Below, piece by piece: positions 1-11,424 of a DNA stretch of 24,396 nt. Positions within the stretch are counted from its first letter, which is position 1. Every line of letters starts with the position of its first letter. Below the pieces are notes generated by a model. It was not told the origin of the DNA and did no database searches. It saw only the letters and a list, made by a program, of their open reading frames with translations. This stretch comes from Octopus sinensis (Eukaryota). Both the position numbers and the translations under genes were made by a program. Location: NCBI RefSeq assembly GCF_006345805.1, contig NW_021836393.1, forward strand, positions 1 to 24,396, read 5' to 3'.

Positions 1-397
1 CCATTCCTGGGGAACTATCCCATATGTTTTCTTCTTTGGCAAGAAACATCATTTCATGGTGCTATAGACCACTCAACAGACAATAAATATCAGTCCAGTA
101 CTGGTCAAGAGTGGAGTGGTTGAAAGAGTATCTATACCTACTCACCTCAGGATAGGCGCCTGGTGGCTTGTGTCACGCCACCTGGTCTTGCTCGCATGCG
201 AATGTCAGATTATCATACGTAAACACGGTCCCAGAGGCGTCATCGTACGTAGAGCCAACCATATATATGTAATTTCGCAAAATTACCGAATCTGGAATTT
301 AACTATGTTCTGTCTATAGCACTTATTCCTCATTACCTGACACCTTTGGGTCTCAATGACACCATTATCTCTTGTAACCTCAACTTCTCGCTATTAT

Positions 398-398
398 G

Positions 399-456
<58 letters not shown>

Positions 457-493
457 TCTATATATATAAATATATATACATATATATATTTAT
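398..493. repeat. (TA)n microsatellite
   Basis: Read directly from the sequence. Confidence 0.95.
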
Positions 494-540
494 ATACTTT
501 GATACTTTGATACTTTGATAGGTTTCGGCCATTATTGGCC
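494..540 (-). repeat. LINE 3' terminus: hairpin GGCCA-ATAA-TGGCC followed by (CAAAGTAT)x3
   Basis: Plus strand shows atactttg three times (494-517) and ggcca-ttat-tggcc at 527-540. A 3' stem-loop plus an octamer tandem tail is typical of CR1-type elements. Confidence 0.85.
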
Positions 541-588
541 CAGGCCATGTCTAACTTAATAGCACCACACCTGGTGAAGTCTTTCAAG

Positions 589-3094
589 TCAGAATTTGGG
601 CACTATGGCCCACTCAAGTAGAGAGTTATTGTTTACAGAGACATATCCGGTGTAGGGGGTTTATCCGGGATTTCTTGAAGGAATCTGTCCAAAGACTTCT
701 TGAACCCTATAGGGTCAGTTTCTGTTTTAATGCGTTTTGTGTGTGATGTTAAAGAGAGCGGGGCCAATTGAGGTGAATAATTGTGCCGTATTGTTGTTAT
801 GAGATGAGAGTGCGATTTTTGTTTTGGGCGGATGGCACGGGGCCCAAGCCTTGGATGTACCTTAAGGTGATGCCAACATCATTTGGGCAATGCTGATGGA
901 ATATTTTCCCACATCATGCAGATGATGTAGCGCTCACGACGACGTTGGAGAGAATAGAGTTTTGCTTTTCTAGTCGACCCCAATAGTCGAGGCCTGTCAT
1001 GCCATCTATCTTTTTTGTGATTGCCCTTTGAGGTGCTTCGACTTTTATGATACCTTGTATTGTGTGGGGAGACCACAGTGGACAACAGTATTCAAGGTGG
1101 GGTCGGGCAAAGGTGGAGAAGAGAAGGATAATGGTGTGGATATCTCTCGACTGGGAAGTTCTGAGAATCCAGGAACACATTCTGCGGGCCATGTCAACTT
1201 GGTGTTTATATGAGTGGCCCAGCTTACGTTGTTGTCCACAATTACTCCCAAGTCTCTGATGTTGTTGGACGCCGTGAGAGTTTCACCTGAAGGAAGGGAG
1301 TATGGGATTTTCAGGGCATCCTCTTTTCCAAAGTGGATTAGCTCAAATTTATCCTCGTTCAGCAGCATATTGTTTTTTTCTGCCCATTGGATAACAGCCA
1401 GTAGATCTGACTGAAGGCAATGTCCGGTCACTCGCCTCATTTATGACCTTCTGTAGCTTGGAGTCATCTGCAAAGATTTTTATGTTGCTGTGCTTGATGA
1501 TGTCATTAATGTCATTAATGTAAATGATGAAAAGAAGTGGGCCCCAGCACAGTGCCTTGCGGAACGCCACTACTGACTTTGGCTGGGCTTGATTTTACCC
1601 CTTCAACTACAACATGTTGAGATCTGTCTGTCAGGAAACACTTAATCCATTTCAGTAACTTTCCTGAGACACCAATGTTGGATAGTTTTTTCAATAGGAT
1701 CTTGTGATCGACCCTGTCGAAGGCCTTACTGAAATCAAGGTAGATGACATCGGTGTTGGAGCCCTCTCCCAAAGCTCTCAAAATGTCCTCAAAGTGATGC
1801 AGAGCTGCGTTAGGCAGTCCCTTCCATTACGGAACCCATGTTGGTTGGAGATCAGCCGTCTGTTGCTTTCCAGAAATTGGGTTATTTGAGATCTCACCAC
1901 CCTCTCAAATACCTTGATGATATGAGAGGTGAGTGAGATCGGACGGTAATTCACTGCAAGGGACTTGTTTCCCTTTTTGAAAAACTGGGACAACAGACTG
2001 GGACAGAGGTTTTTTGGAATATAGCCAGCATCCAGTGAGTTTCTCCACAGATTAGCAAGGGGAGATGCAAGTTGGTGTCGACACACCTTCAGGACACAAG
2101 CAGGGAACCTATCGGGGCCTACTGCTGAATTGTGTTTTATTTCGTTTATCGCCGCTAAGACATCAGGGGCACTAAACGTTATGTCCGATATAGTGTGTTG
2201 GGGGTTGACATCACTGATACAGCCCAGATCGGCCATATCAGGATTGCTGAAAACAGAGCAGTATTGTTTCTGCAGTATCTCGGCCATGGATTTGGCATTA
2301 TCTTGGAGAGTGCCAGTTTCGTCAATTAGAGGGCCTACAGGGAGACAGTGACCCTGCGTTTCCTCGCAAATGAAAAGAACACTTTGGGGTTGAGTTTGAT
2401 TTTTTCAATGGCCCACTTCTCCTCAGCTGATCTTTGGTTATTGATGAGGGACTTCATGCATTGTTGGAGGTTATATTTTTTGGATTCAAGCAGTGCGATA
2501 GCTGTCGAATGTGTGTGTTGCTGTTGGCAGTACTTTAGTTTGTTAATTTTTTGTGTTGTTCTTTTTATTTTTCTGATAATGGTTTTTCTGTTTTGGGGGA
2601 TTCTGCACTTTTTGTTCACAGGTCTTGGTGGGGAGTGTTTTGCACATATGTCTGTGACGGTGTCTACAAAGATCTGCCAAGTTTTTAGGTTTGGTGGAGA
2701 TGTGTGTATGTGTAAAGGACCAGTCAACATTTGATAGCTCGTTCCTGATTGCATCCCAGTTGGCTTTATGGAGATCCATTTTGTCAAATGGGTGGCTGGA
2801 GGAAGGTCACTAGGATTAGCTTTCGGCTGGTGGAATTTCATGTTACAGAGAACCATGTCATGGTCTGAAAGAAGGGTTTTTTCCACTGTAACGTTATGTA
2901 TAGTGTTAGTGTGGTTACTAAACACTAGGTCCAAAATGTTCTGATGTCTTGTTGGTGCAAGGACAAGTTGGGACAGAAAAACTCATTCGTAAAGTCGAAA
3001 AGTGACTCTGCTGCTTCTTTGTCAGCGGTTGAGGCGGGAGTGCTTGGTTTCAAACAGTTTGTAGTCCAGTCAACACAGGGTAGATTGAAGTCTC
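589..3094 (-). pseudogene. Disrupted ORF2 (partial apurinic-like endonuclease + reverse transcriptase) of the CR1-type LINE
   Basis: Track ORFs 2335..2934, 2543..2779, 1778..2287, 1515..1781, 1349..1570, 1045..1440, 914..1192 and 879..1085 are consecutive pieces of one protein in shifting frames; the catalytic FADD motif is intact. Confidence 0.92.
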
Positions 3095-3124
3095 CTCATG
3101 AGTATTATATTCTCATGATATATA

Positions 3125-3367
<243 letters not shown>

Positions 3368-3368
3368 C

Positions 3369-3600
3369 CAGTCCTGGTCAAAAGTTAGGAACACGTTTTT
3401 AAAAACCAAACTTGTTATGTCCGAGTCCAATTCGATTCAAATATAAAGAACAGGCATTTAATTTGGGCATTCTAATTTTCAAACATGTGTTCCAAAAATT
3501 TGGCCAAGTAATGATATATTGCAAATTAAATATAACTTTAAGCATTTAATATAAAAATATTAATTTTTCAGACCTGAGTTCCAAACTTTTGGCTACGACA
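3369..3600. mobile_element. Tc1-like non-autonomous relic with imperfect TIRs
   Basis: cagtcctggtcaaaagttaggaacac (3369-3394) is an imperfect inverted match to gtgttccaaaaatttggccaagtaatg (3487-3513) and gagttccaaacttttggctacgaca (3576-3600). A CAGT..GG.CAAAAGT start resembles Tc1-family TIRs, and the flanks are TA-rich. Confidence 0.6.
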
Positions 3601-3810
3601 TATATAAATAAATGGTAGCCACTCGAGTCCAAGAAAACGGCCCTGCAATTTTTTACTGAACAATATGTACTGATGATTTGCACAGATGATTTGTTTATAG
3701 TGATCAAATGTATGTGCAGTATAATACCTTATCCTCTTATCAAATTAGCAGTGCTTGCACGGATGATCGGTGGTGTGCGACACGTCAGATATTGAATAAT
3801 CGCAGAGCTT

Positions 3811-3907
3811 CACGGAATGAGGTATTTTGCCCAAGGAAACAACGCAACCCACCCAGCCAGAAATTGGACCCACGATCACGCGATTGTGAGTGCAATACCC
3901 TAACTAC

Positions 3908-3908
<1 letters not shown>
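3811..3908 (-). mobile_element. Degenerate tRNA-derived SINE head + CORE-like segment
   Basis: Reverse complement reads agtagttagggt...gatcgtgggtccaatttc...gcgttgtttccttgggcaaaatacctcattcc, alignable by eye to the SINE at 22736. Confidence 0.7.
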
Positions 3909-3954
<46 letters not shown>

Positions 3955-4449
3955 ATAAATGCCAAAACGAATTTCTGTGTGTGTCAGTGTATCACACTTT
4001 GACCCCCCTCTCTACTATTCAAGACACTATTCTATCACAGAGAATTCGCCAACTCGAAAATGCGATCAATGATGCTCAAATCACCGGTTGCGTGTACTGG
4101 TGTTTACACATACACACAGACTTGTGCGTGCGCATGCGTGTGCGTGAAAATTCAAAATGAAACATGGAAAGGATAAGCGGAAACAGATTGGAAGGTAAAG
4201 AAACATGGAAATCCACTAATCAGACATAGAGATTAGACCACAAGCACACTTTTAAGTCCGAAAACTTTAAATTCAATGACAGAATTTTTTTCTTCTTTTA
4301 TTTAATAGTGATATAGCGAATATCAATCAATCAATGGGGTGATGGACAAACATGGACAAAGCATGAAGGACAGTATGGAAACAATACAGAAGCAGAATAA
4401 ATACTCATAGATATGTATACAAAACACGCATACACACACATACTCATAT

Positions 4450-4835
4450 GGAATGGAAGCACTCCGTCGGTTACGACGATGAGGGTTCCGGTTGATCCGA
4501 ATCAACGGAACAGCCTGCTCGTGAAATTAACGTGTAAGTGGCTGAACACTCCACAGACACGTGTACCCTTAACGTAGTTCTCGGGGATATTCAGCGTGAC
4601 ACAGAGAGTGACAAGGCCGGCCCTTTGAAATACAGTACAACAGAAACAGGAAGTAAGAGTGAGAGAAAGTTGTGTGGAAAGAGTACAGCAGGGATCACCA
4701 TCCATCCTGCCGGAGCCTCGTGGAGCTTTTAGGTGTCTTCGCTCAATAAACACTCACAACGCCCGGTCTGGGAATCGAAACCGCGATCCTATGACCGCGA
4801 GTCCGCTGCCCTAACCACTGGGCCATTGCGCCTCC
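4450..4835 (-). mobile_element. Full-length tRNA-derived SINE (resembles octopus OR1-type) with 12-bp target-site duplication
   Basis: Minus strand starts GGAGGCGCAATGGCCCAGTGG (A box) and includes GTTTCGATTCC (B box). TSD acatactcatat at 4438-4449 and 4836-4847; short TTCCA-like tail. Family name is from recall. Confidence 0.9.
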
Positions 4836-4924
4836 ACATACTCATATATATAAATACATAAATAACTACACAAATGTGTGCATGTATGTACACACACACA
4901 TATGGAGAGAAAGAGGGAGAGATG

Positions 4925-5095
4925 CGAGAGAGTACTGAAAAGTTTCTGGCTTTGTGTAAAAGAAAATACTGGAGGATCAGTTAATTATTAGTTTATTCAA
5001 CATATTCCCGACTCAGATTTATATGCATTTTGCAGCGGTCCTTCAGTTTTTGTAGGCCCTATAAAAGAACTTGGAAGGTTGGACCACCGACTAGA
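4925..5095 (-). mobile_element. Mariner-derived fragment (transposase C-terminus + TIR)
   Basis: Minus strand translates GLQKLKDRCKMHINLSREYVE* (stop at 4993-4995), matching the mariner GI.KL..RW.KCI...G.YVE C-terminus. TIR-like cgagagagtactgaaaagtttctggc at 4925. Confidence 0.75.
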
Positions 5096-5479
5096 TATTT
5101 CGAAACACCCTTAATGCCATCTATCCATCGAAACACCCTTAAAGCTATCTATCCATCTACACCCCTTCGTAGATGGATAGATAAATATGAATATACAATT
5201 ATATATATACATATATTTATCTCTCCCCCTCCCACTCTCTTTCCCCCTCTCGCGCTCTCTCCCCCCTCTCTCTCTCTCTGTATATATACAGAGACATCAC
5301 TATATGAATATAAATATGTGTGTGCATGTGTGTATTGTGTATCATGTGTTTGTGTTGATCTTGGCTCAGTTTCAGTCTAAGTGCAGCTGTACTAGACTTT
5401 TGCTCAATGGTGCATCCTTTGCAATACTTACTTATATATGCAGCATATATATATATATATACAATATATATATATATAT

Positions 5480-5544
<65 letters not shown>

Positions 5545-6126
5545 CGTGCGTGTGTGCGTATGTGTGTACATACATACATACATACATGTATGTGTGGATG
5601 TATGGAATGCCATGGGGAGTAGTTTTCAATGAAACAAATTGGGGAGATAAGGTATTTTCGTAACGGAAAACACACATAACAGCCTACACCAACAACTTGT
5701 TTGCCGAGATAATCACATTACATCTGTGATTTTCATAAACTTATAGATATCTCTTTATCCATAACTTATAACAGATATCAAGTAGTGATATGATGGATTA
5801 ATTTCTTTCGCTTAATTTATTCATATCTTTATGTTTTTTTTTATTTCTTTATGAATATATTTATATATGTATTTATTTATTTACTTCTATACTCATGAAT
5901 GAAACTTCTTAGCTTCATCGTCTCTATTTTAATTTCTTAAAAAATTCATACGATAACGATATACATGCAAATGTAAGTGTGCATGCATTAAACACGCATA
6001 GATGCATATTCATATATACTTTTATACACACACATATGTGTATACATATTTTAACTACGTTTCTTTCTCTCTTTCCCCCCCTCTCTCTCTTTTCACCAAT
6101 CTATCTATATATATATGTATGTGTGT

Positions 6127-6169
<43 letters not shown>

Positions 6170-6424
6170 GTATGCGTGTGTATGTATTTATATAAGGTAT
6201 ATAATATACAATATATATATATATGTACTAGTTGCAGAAATAGTAGTTATAATTAAAAATCTTCATCATCAAATATCAATTCGTTTCATTAAAAAGCGGA
6301 AGCTTTAAATACATACGTACATACACCCGAATACACAGACATTTCTAAATATATACGTAAATATGCGTATCCAAACATGAATATATAGATAGGTACAAGC
6401 ATGAGAAAATTTTCGTAGATGTTT

Positions 6425-6804
6425 CGCAGGAGTGGTAAGTAGCTTGCTAACCAACCACATGGTTCCGGGTTCAGTCCCACTGCGTGGCATCTTGGGCAAG
6501 TGTCTGCTGCTATAGCCCCGGGCCGACGAATGCCTTGTTGAGTGGTTTGGTAGACGAAATGAAAGAAGCCTGTCGTATATATGTATATATATATATGTAT
6601 GTGTGTGTATGTGTTTGTGTGTCTGTGTTTTGTCCCCTAGCATTGCTTGACAGCCGATGCTGGTGTGTTTACGGTCCCCGTCACTTAGCGGTTCGGCAAA
6701 AATAGACCGATAGAATAAGTACTGGGCTTACAAAGCGACTAAAGCGGTGCTCCAGCATGGCCGCAGTCAAATGACTGAACAAGTTAAAGAGTAAAAGAGT
6801 AAAG
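6425..6804 (+). mobile_element. tRNA-derived SINE with CORE-like segment, internal TA/TG microsatellite and CR1-like 3' tail
   Basis: B-box-like ggttcagtccc, CORE-like ggcatcttgggcaagtgtct, internal (TA)/(TG) tract, 3' gcggtgctccagcatggccgcagtcaaatgactgaac and a (TAAAAGAG)-type tail. Confidence 0.85.
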
Positions 6805-7048
6805 TAATAATATATATATAAATATATATATATATAGAGAGAGAGAGAAGAGAGAAGTGAGAGAAGATACGTGTATATATATACTATATATATTATATAT
6901 ATATATATAATATATATATATATATATGTATATATTATACACACACATACATATACACACAGACACACACACATATATATGCATACATGCATACATATTA
7001 TAGAAATATAGAATTATCTTGGCATATACAAATGTATAAATATAAATT

Positions 7049-7120
<72 letters not shown>
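7049..7120. repeat. (GATA)n microsatellite
   Basis: Read directly from the sequence. Confidence 0.95.
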
Positions 7121-7561
7121 TACATATATGTACATGCATATGTACGCATTCATATATGCATTTTTCTACTCACAAACACGAGTGTATATACACATGCCCA
7201 CTTAGACTTTTTAGCGCTATGATTTTTAAGGAAACGAATTGTGATATATGATAATTAATTTTTGTTAATTATAGCTATCATTGCTACAAATATTTTATCT
7301 TACTTTTTTTGATTTACATTTATATATAAAAAAAACCTGTTAATCCTTTTAAAAGTATTTCCTTCAATCTTCTTACATCTATTTAATTACATCTTATATA
7401 GATTTGTTTCTCACGCACCCACGCAGCAATTTTAATCTCCCATATGAACATATGTACCTACATATATATATATGTAGATTATATATATATATATATGTGT
7501 GTAGATTATATATATACATGCTCAGAGAGATACATTCACATATATTTCTATATATACATAT

Positions 7562-7806
7562 ATCCTTAAATCCTTTAAAATGTTTTAGCCCGAAGGCCGC
7601 GGCCATGCTGAATGAGCTACACTAATATGTGAATCCACCTCTGATAAGTGTTGGCACTTGATCAACAAGGGAGTTCGATGCTGCTGCCCGCATCTGCGTC
7701 TCCTGTCGTGAGGTAGGTTCATCTGGGACTCCCGACAAGAAGAGATCCAGTTTAGTTTTAAAGAAACCCACATCCACACCACGTAAGTCTCTTAGGCATT
7801 TAGGGG
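7562..7806 (-). mobile_element. 3' terminal fragment of a second CR1-type LINE family
   Basis: Manual minus-strand translation [60 protein letters not shown] (stop at 7622-7624) is homologous to the first LINE's FKKSLDRFLQEIPDKP..NNSLLEW. It is followed by CATGGCC, a gcc-TTCG-ggc hairpin and a (TTTAAGGA)-like tail. Confidence 0.85.
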
Positions 7807-7807
7807 T

Positions 7808-7832
7808 ATATTATATATATCTATATATAATA

Positions 7833-7869
<37 letters not shown>

Positions 7870-7877
7870 TCTTTACT

Positions 7878-7913
<36 letters not shown>

Positions 7914-8030
7914 AAGATACATACATACATACATACATACATACATACATACATACATACATACATACATACATACATACATACATACATAGGTAAGTAG
8001 ATATATAGATAGATGTACATATAGATATAT
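7808..8030. repeat. Compound (TA)/(GA)/(TACA)n microsatellite
   Basis: Read directly from the sequence. Confidence 0.95.
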
Positions 8031-8192
8031 ATTATGCGTTCACCATTTGGCACATTTTGAAACTGTAAATGAAATGATAAGCATAAATTAGTATTTATAT
8101 ACTCAAACGGTATTTTTGCATTCATAGACACACATACACACACACACACACATATATATATACAGAAATATACATACGAATCTTTACACACA

Positions 8193-8237
<45 letters not shown>

Positions 8238-8450
8238 GCTGATATGTATACAAGTATACACTTGCTTATTATATTCATTTGCTTAGTGCAGACGCACTGG
8301 ATGCAGTTATGTACCTCCTTGAAGTTATAGGGACACTCACATACACAAGCCACACGTGCACACCTCTTGTATATATACGTATGTATACATACCACATACA
8401 CCCACACACACATATATACACATGTATATACATATATATAAATATATATA

Positions 8451-8496
<46 letters not shown>

Positions 8497-9231
8497 CACG
8501 CAGATATTTATGTATATAGATATACATACACACACACCCACACACACATATATATGTACATATTCATAAATATATACACATATATATATATATATACACA
8601 CATATATGTATATACGTATGTATGTCTATTCGGAGGCATATTTTTGCTTGTGTACATATACACACTCATTTCTTACATATATGCTTATGCGTTCGTCTAT
8701 TTGTGTATGTTTATCATCAATGTTTGTGTTTAGGTACCCACATTTTCGTATATACCAAATAGCGTGATATACATGTGGCTTTTGAGATTGTGTTGTTGTT
8801 TGATCTGCTACGAAAGGCGACGTAACCAGAGCCTAATTAGCGCAATCATTTTATCCATATTAAGCATTTATTTATTTTGTTCTGATGTTATCATTTTTTG
8901 CCTCGTGCGAAGTACTTCATTCTCAATAGATAAGAATCTAATGTTAGCAACTAACTCATGTGTATATGATTTGTCTTAATATTTTCCTTTAATATTCAGA
9001 TAAGAACAATACGCCTTTCTGGACATGTTCTTGTATTGCTGTGGCCACATCAGCGAGGCACAAGTTGCAAAGATCATGACGAATGTCCGATGAAAGCATA
9101 TTTATGTGCGTATATGTGTATATGAATGTACGTATGTAATAACTGTCTGACTGTCTCTCTGTCTCTCTCTTTCTGTATATTATATATATATATATAATAT
9201 ATAATATATAATATATATATTTCTCAAACAA

Positions 9232-9416
9232 ATATTTTCTCCTCTGTCTTCCCTCCTTGGGATCTTTCTTCTCCTTGTTTCCGACGAAGCTCCCGCTCGA
9301 AACGTTAAACCCTCCTTCCCTTCTTTCCTGAGCGTCAATAATACTTTAATTGTTCCACGTCCTGCGTTGCTGGTGTTTTTTTTCTCTTTTTTTCTGTGTT
9401 TCTTGTTTTGATTAAC

Positions 9417-9417
<1 letters not shown>
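9232..9417 (+). mobile_element. Non-coding repeat with minimal hammerhead motif, probably Penelope-like element-derived
   Basis: Contains gttt-CCGACGA-agctcccgctc-GAAACGTT-aaac. A diverged second copy lies inverted at about 19846-20035. Confidence 0.7.
9277..9310 (+). ncRNA. Minimal type I hammerhead ribozyme motif (variant core)
   Basis: Stem I gttt/aaac; core CCGACGA (CUGANGA with U4->C); stem II agc/gct; GAAA; palindromic stem III ACGU; cleavage triplet GUU. Activity is unproven. Confidence 0.6.
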
Positions 9418-9453
<36 letters not shown>

Positions 9454-9629
9454 TGTGTTTGTTGTGTGTGTGTGTGTGTGTGGTGTGTGTGTGTGAGTGT
9501 GTGTAAAGGAAAAATCCAAAGATCCAGGTGTAGGAATTTAGTAAGCTTCGAGCAGTCCGTAAAAGGTATGAAAAAACAACATTCATTTGTTCGATAAGCT
9601 GAAAAAAGTTATTTTATAATTCACAGTTA

Positions 9630-9949
9630 GCTTCTAGGTTTGCTCTCAAACCCTCTTTCATGGGGCCAAAGAGATGATAGTCTGAAGGCGCTAAATTATT
9701 CCAGTGATGAAGAAGTGAAAACTGTAGTGAAGAAATGACTCAAAACAACAGTCAACAGAATTTTACGGAGCAGGGATACATGCTGTTATTAAAAGGTGGA
9801 ACATTGCTATTGAGAGAAACGGTTAATATGTTGAGAAGTAGGGATGTGATCCACAGAGGACCAGCTTCATTTTGATGCATGATACATGTTCCTGTGTTGG
9901 TAATTATACCTGTCCTAAACAAATGGTAATTCTTTTTGACTCACCCTCG
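9630..9949 (+). mobile_element. Mariner element 3' part (degenerate transposase C-terminus + right TIR, TA flank)
   Basis: Translates YSSDEEVKTVVKK*LK..QSTEFYGAGIHAVIKRWNIAIERNG*YVEK* (TAG at 9839-9841) and ends ctttttgactcaccctcg followed by TA. Confidence 0.85.
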
Positions 9950-9950
9950 T

Positions 9951-10212
<262 letters not shown>

Positions 10213-10442
10213 AGGACAAAGTGAGATAAGGGTTATGAGTGTAACCCACTATGGGATATCATTTATCCAATATACTGCCAGTAAAGTACCCAGAAGGCTA
10301 ATACATAACTGCTAAGAATTGCAATGCAATTAATTCATTTATTGTATTATATGGGCGAAGGTAAAATGTTTTATCTCAAATTCACAAATAATAAAAATAA
10401 AAAAATTTTATTTCATATCTCAATTCATTTTATAATCACAAA

Positions 10443-11360
10443 TCCAGATAATAGAGGAAATACCAATTCAACTGCAATAATATTCATAATTAACTATTAT
10501 TTAGATAAATAGGAACATCTAAATCCAACCGAATAAGACAGAATAAAACAATATACATCATAAGTAAGATAATACCATAAGATAATACATATATAAAATG
10601 TATCTTACAGCTGTTTCAGCCTGTAGATAAGAGTATCTCATTATGCCCATATTAGTTAGATGTATTGAGGTAATATGCAGTTAAAAATGAGTTACTTTGG
10701 TACCTGTGTGTATATATATGTATGTAGATTTAGATTTTCGCTGTATGATATATGAACGTAATGACATTGTATATTGTGACATTGTATATTGTTTTGCATT
10801 ATTTTATTTTATTGAATTAATTTACTGACATCTCCCTTATGCATCTGTCTATATATTATGTTACACTATATTATATGTTGTATATTTAATATGTAATATG
10901 ATATATATTTTATTATGTTGTGTTACACTGTATTGCATTGTATTATATTATACTATATTTTATGTGGTATTTTCCATCTACTAAGTATTGTGAATAGCAG
11001 AAAGCACATATTCCTTTATTGGTATTATTAATAATAATAATAATGTTAATAGTTTTTAGTAATGTAATACAATGAACTTTGGACTTTGTATGTGTACACT
11101 TTGATGTGGATATATATATATATATATGTATATTCCAGTATATAGATCTGATTAACTGTAACCTTATGTGTATATATATTAGTATGTATATACTTATATA
11201 TATATATGTATATGTAGGTGGATATACGCTTATATATATATGTATATATGTATATATACATATTCTTGTATATGTGTACCTTGTTTAATATTCATATTTG
11301 CATTTTATATCTTCATTTTATATCTTTATAATTGTACTTATAATCTTTGACGAGGCCTTG

Positions 11361-11424
<64 letters not shown>

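Larger units (their letters stand above)
494..3097 (-). mobile_element. CR1-clade (CR1/L2 group) non-LTR retrotransposon, 5'-truncated, ORF2 frameshifted
   Basis: Collinear minus-strand ORF pieces: APE endonuclease motifs (GDFNLPCVDW near 3094, ILDLVFSN, LSDHDMV), linker (KANWDAIRNEL), RT motifs (AVGPDRFP, NYRPISLTSHIIKVFE, QHGFRNGR, IYLDFSKAFDRVDH, SGVPQGTVLGP, IFADDSKL, RDLGVIVD), C-terminus (RPHLEYCCPLWSP, LYSLQRRRER, FKKSLDRFLQEIPDKP, NNSLLEW) with TGA at 589-591. The 3' UTR ends in a hairpin plus an 8-bp tandem tail. Both flanks are microsatellite. Confidence 0.95.

Noticed and set aside
4760-4835. tRNA-like sequence (also at 22736-22805)
   Set aside because: It continues directly into SINE bodies (with TSD or tail) and has no proper acceptor stem, so it is a SINE head rather than a tRNA gene.
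8980-9100. Possible exon after ttttcctttaatattcag, or minus-strand NLCLADV resembling a GPCR TM2 motif
   Set aside because: No convincing donor site, frames are short and the similarity is too weak to support.
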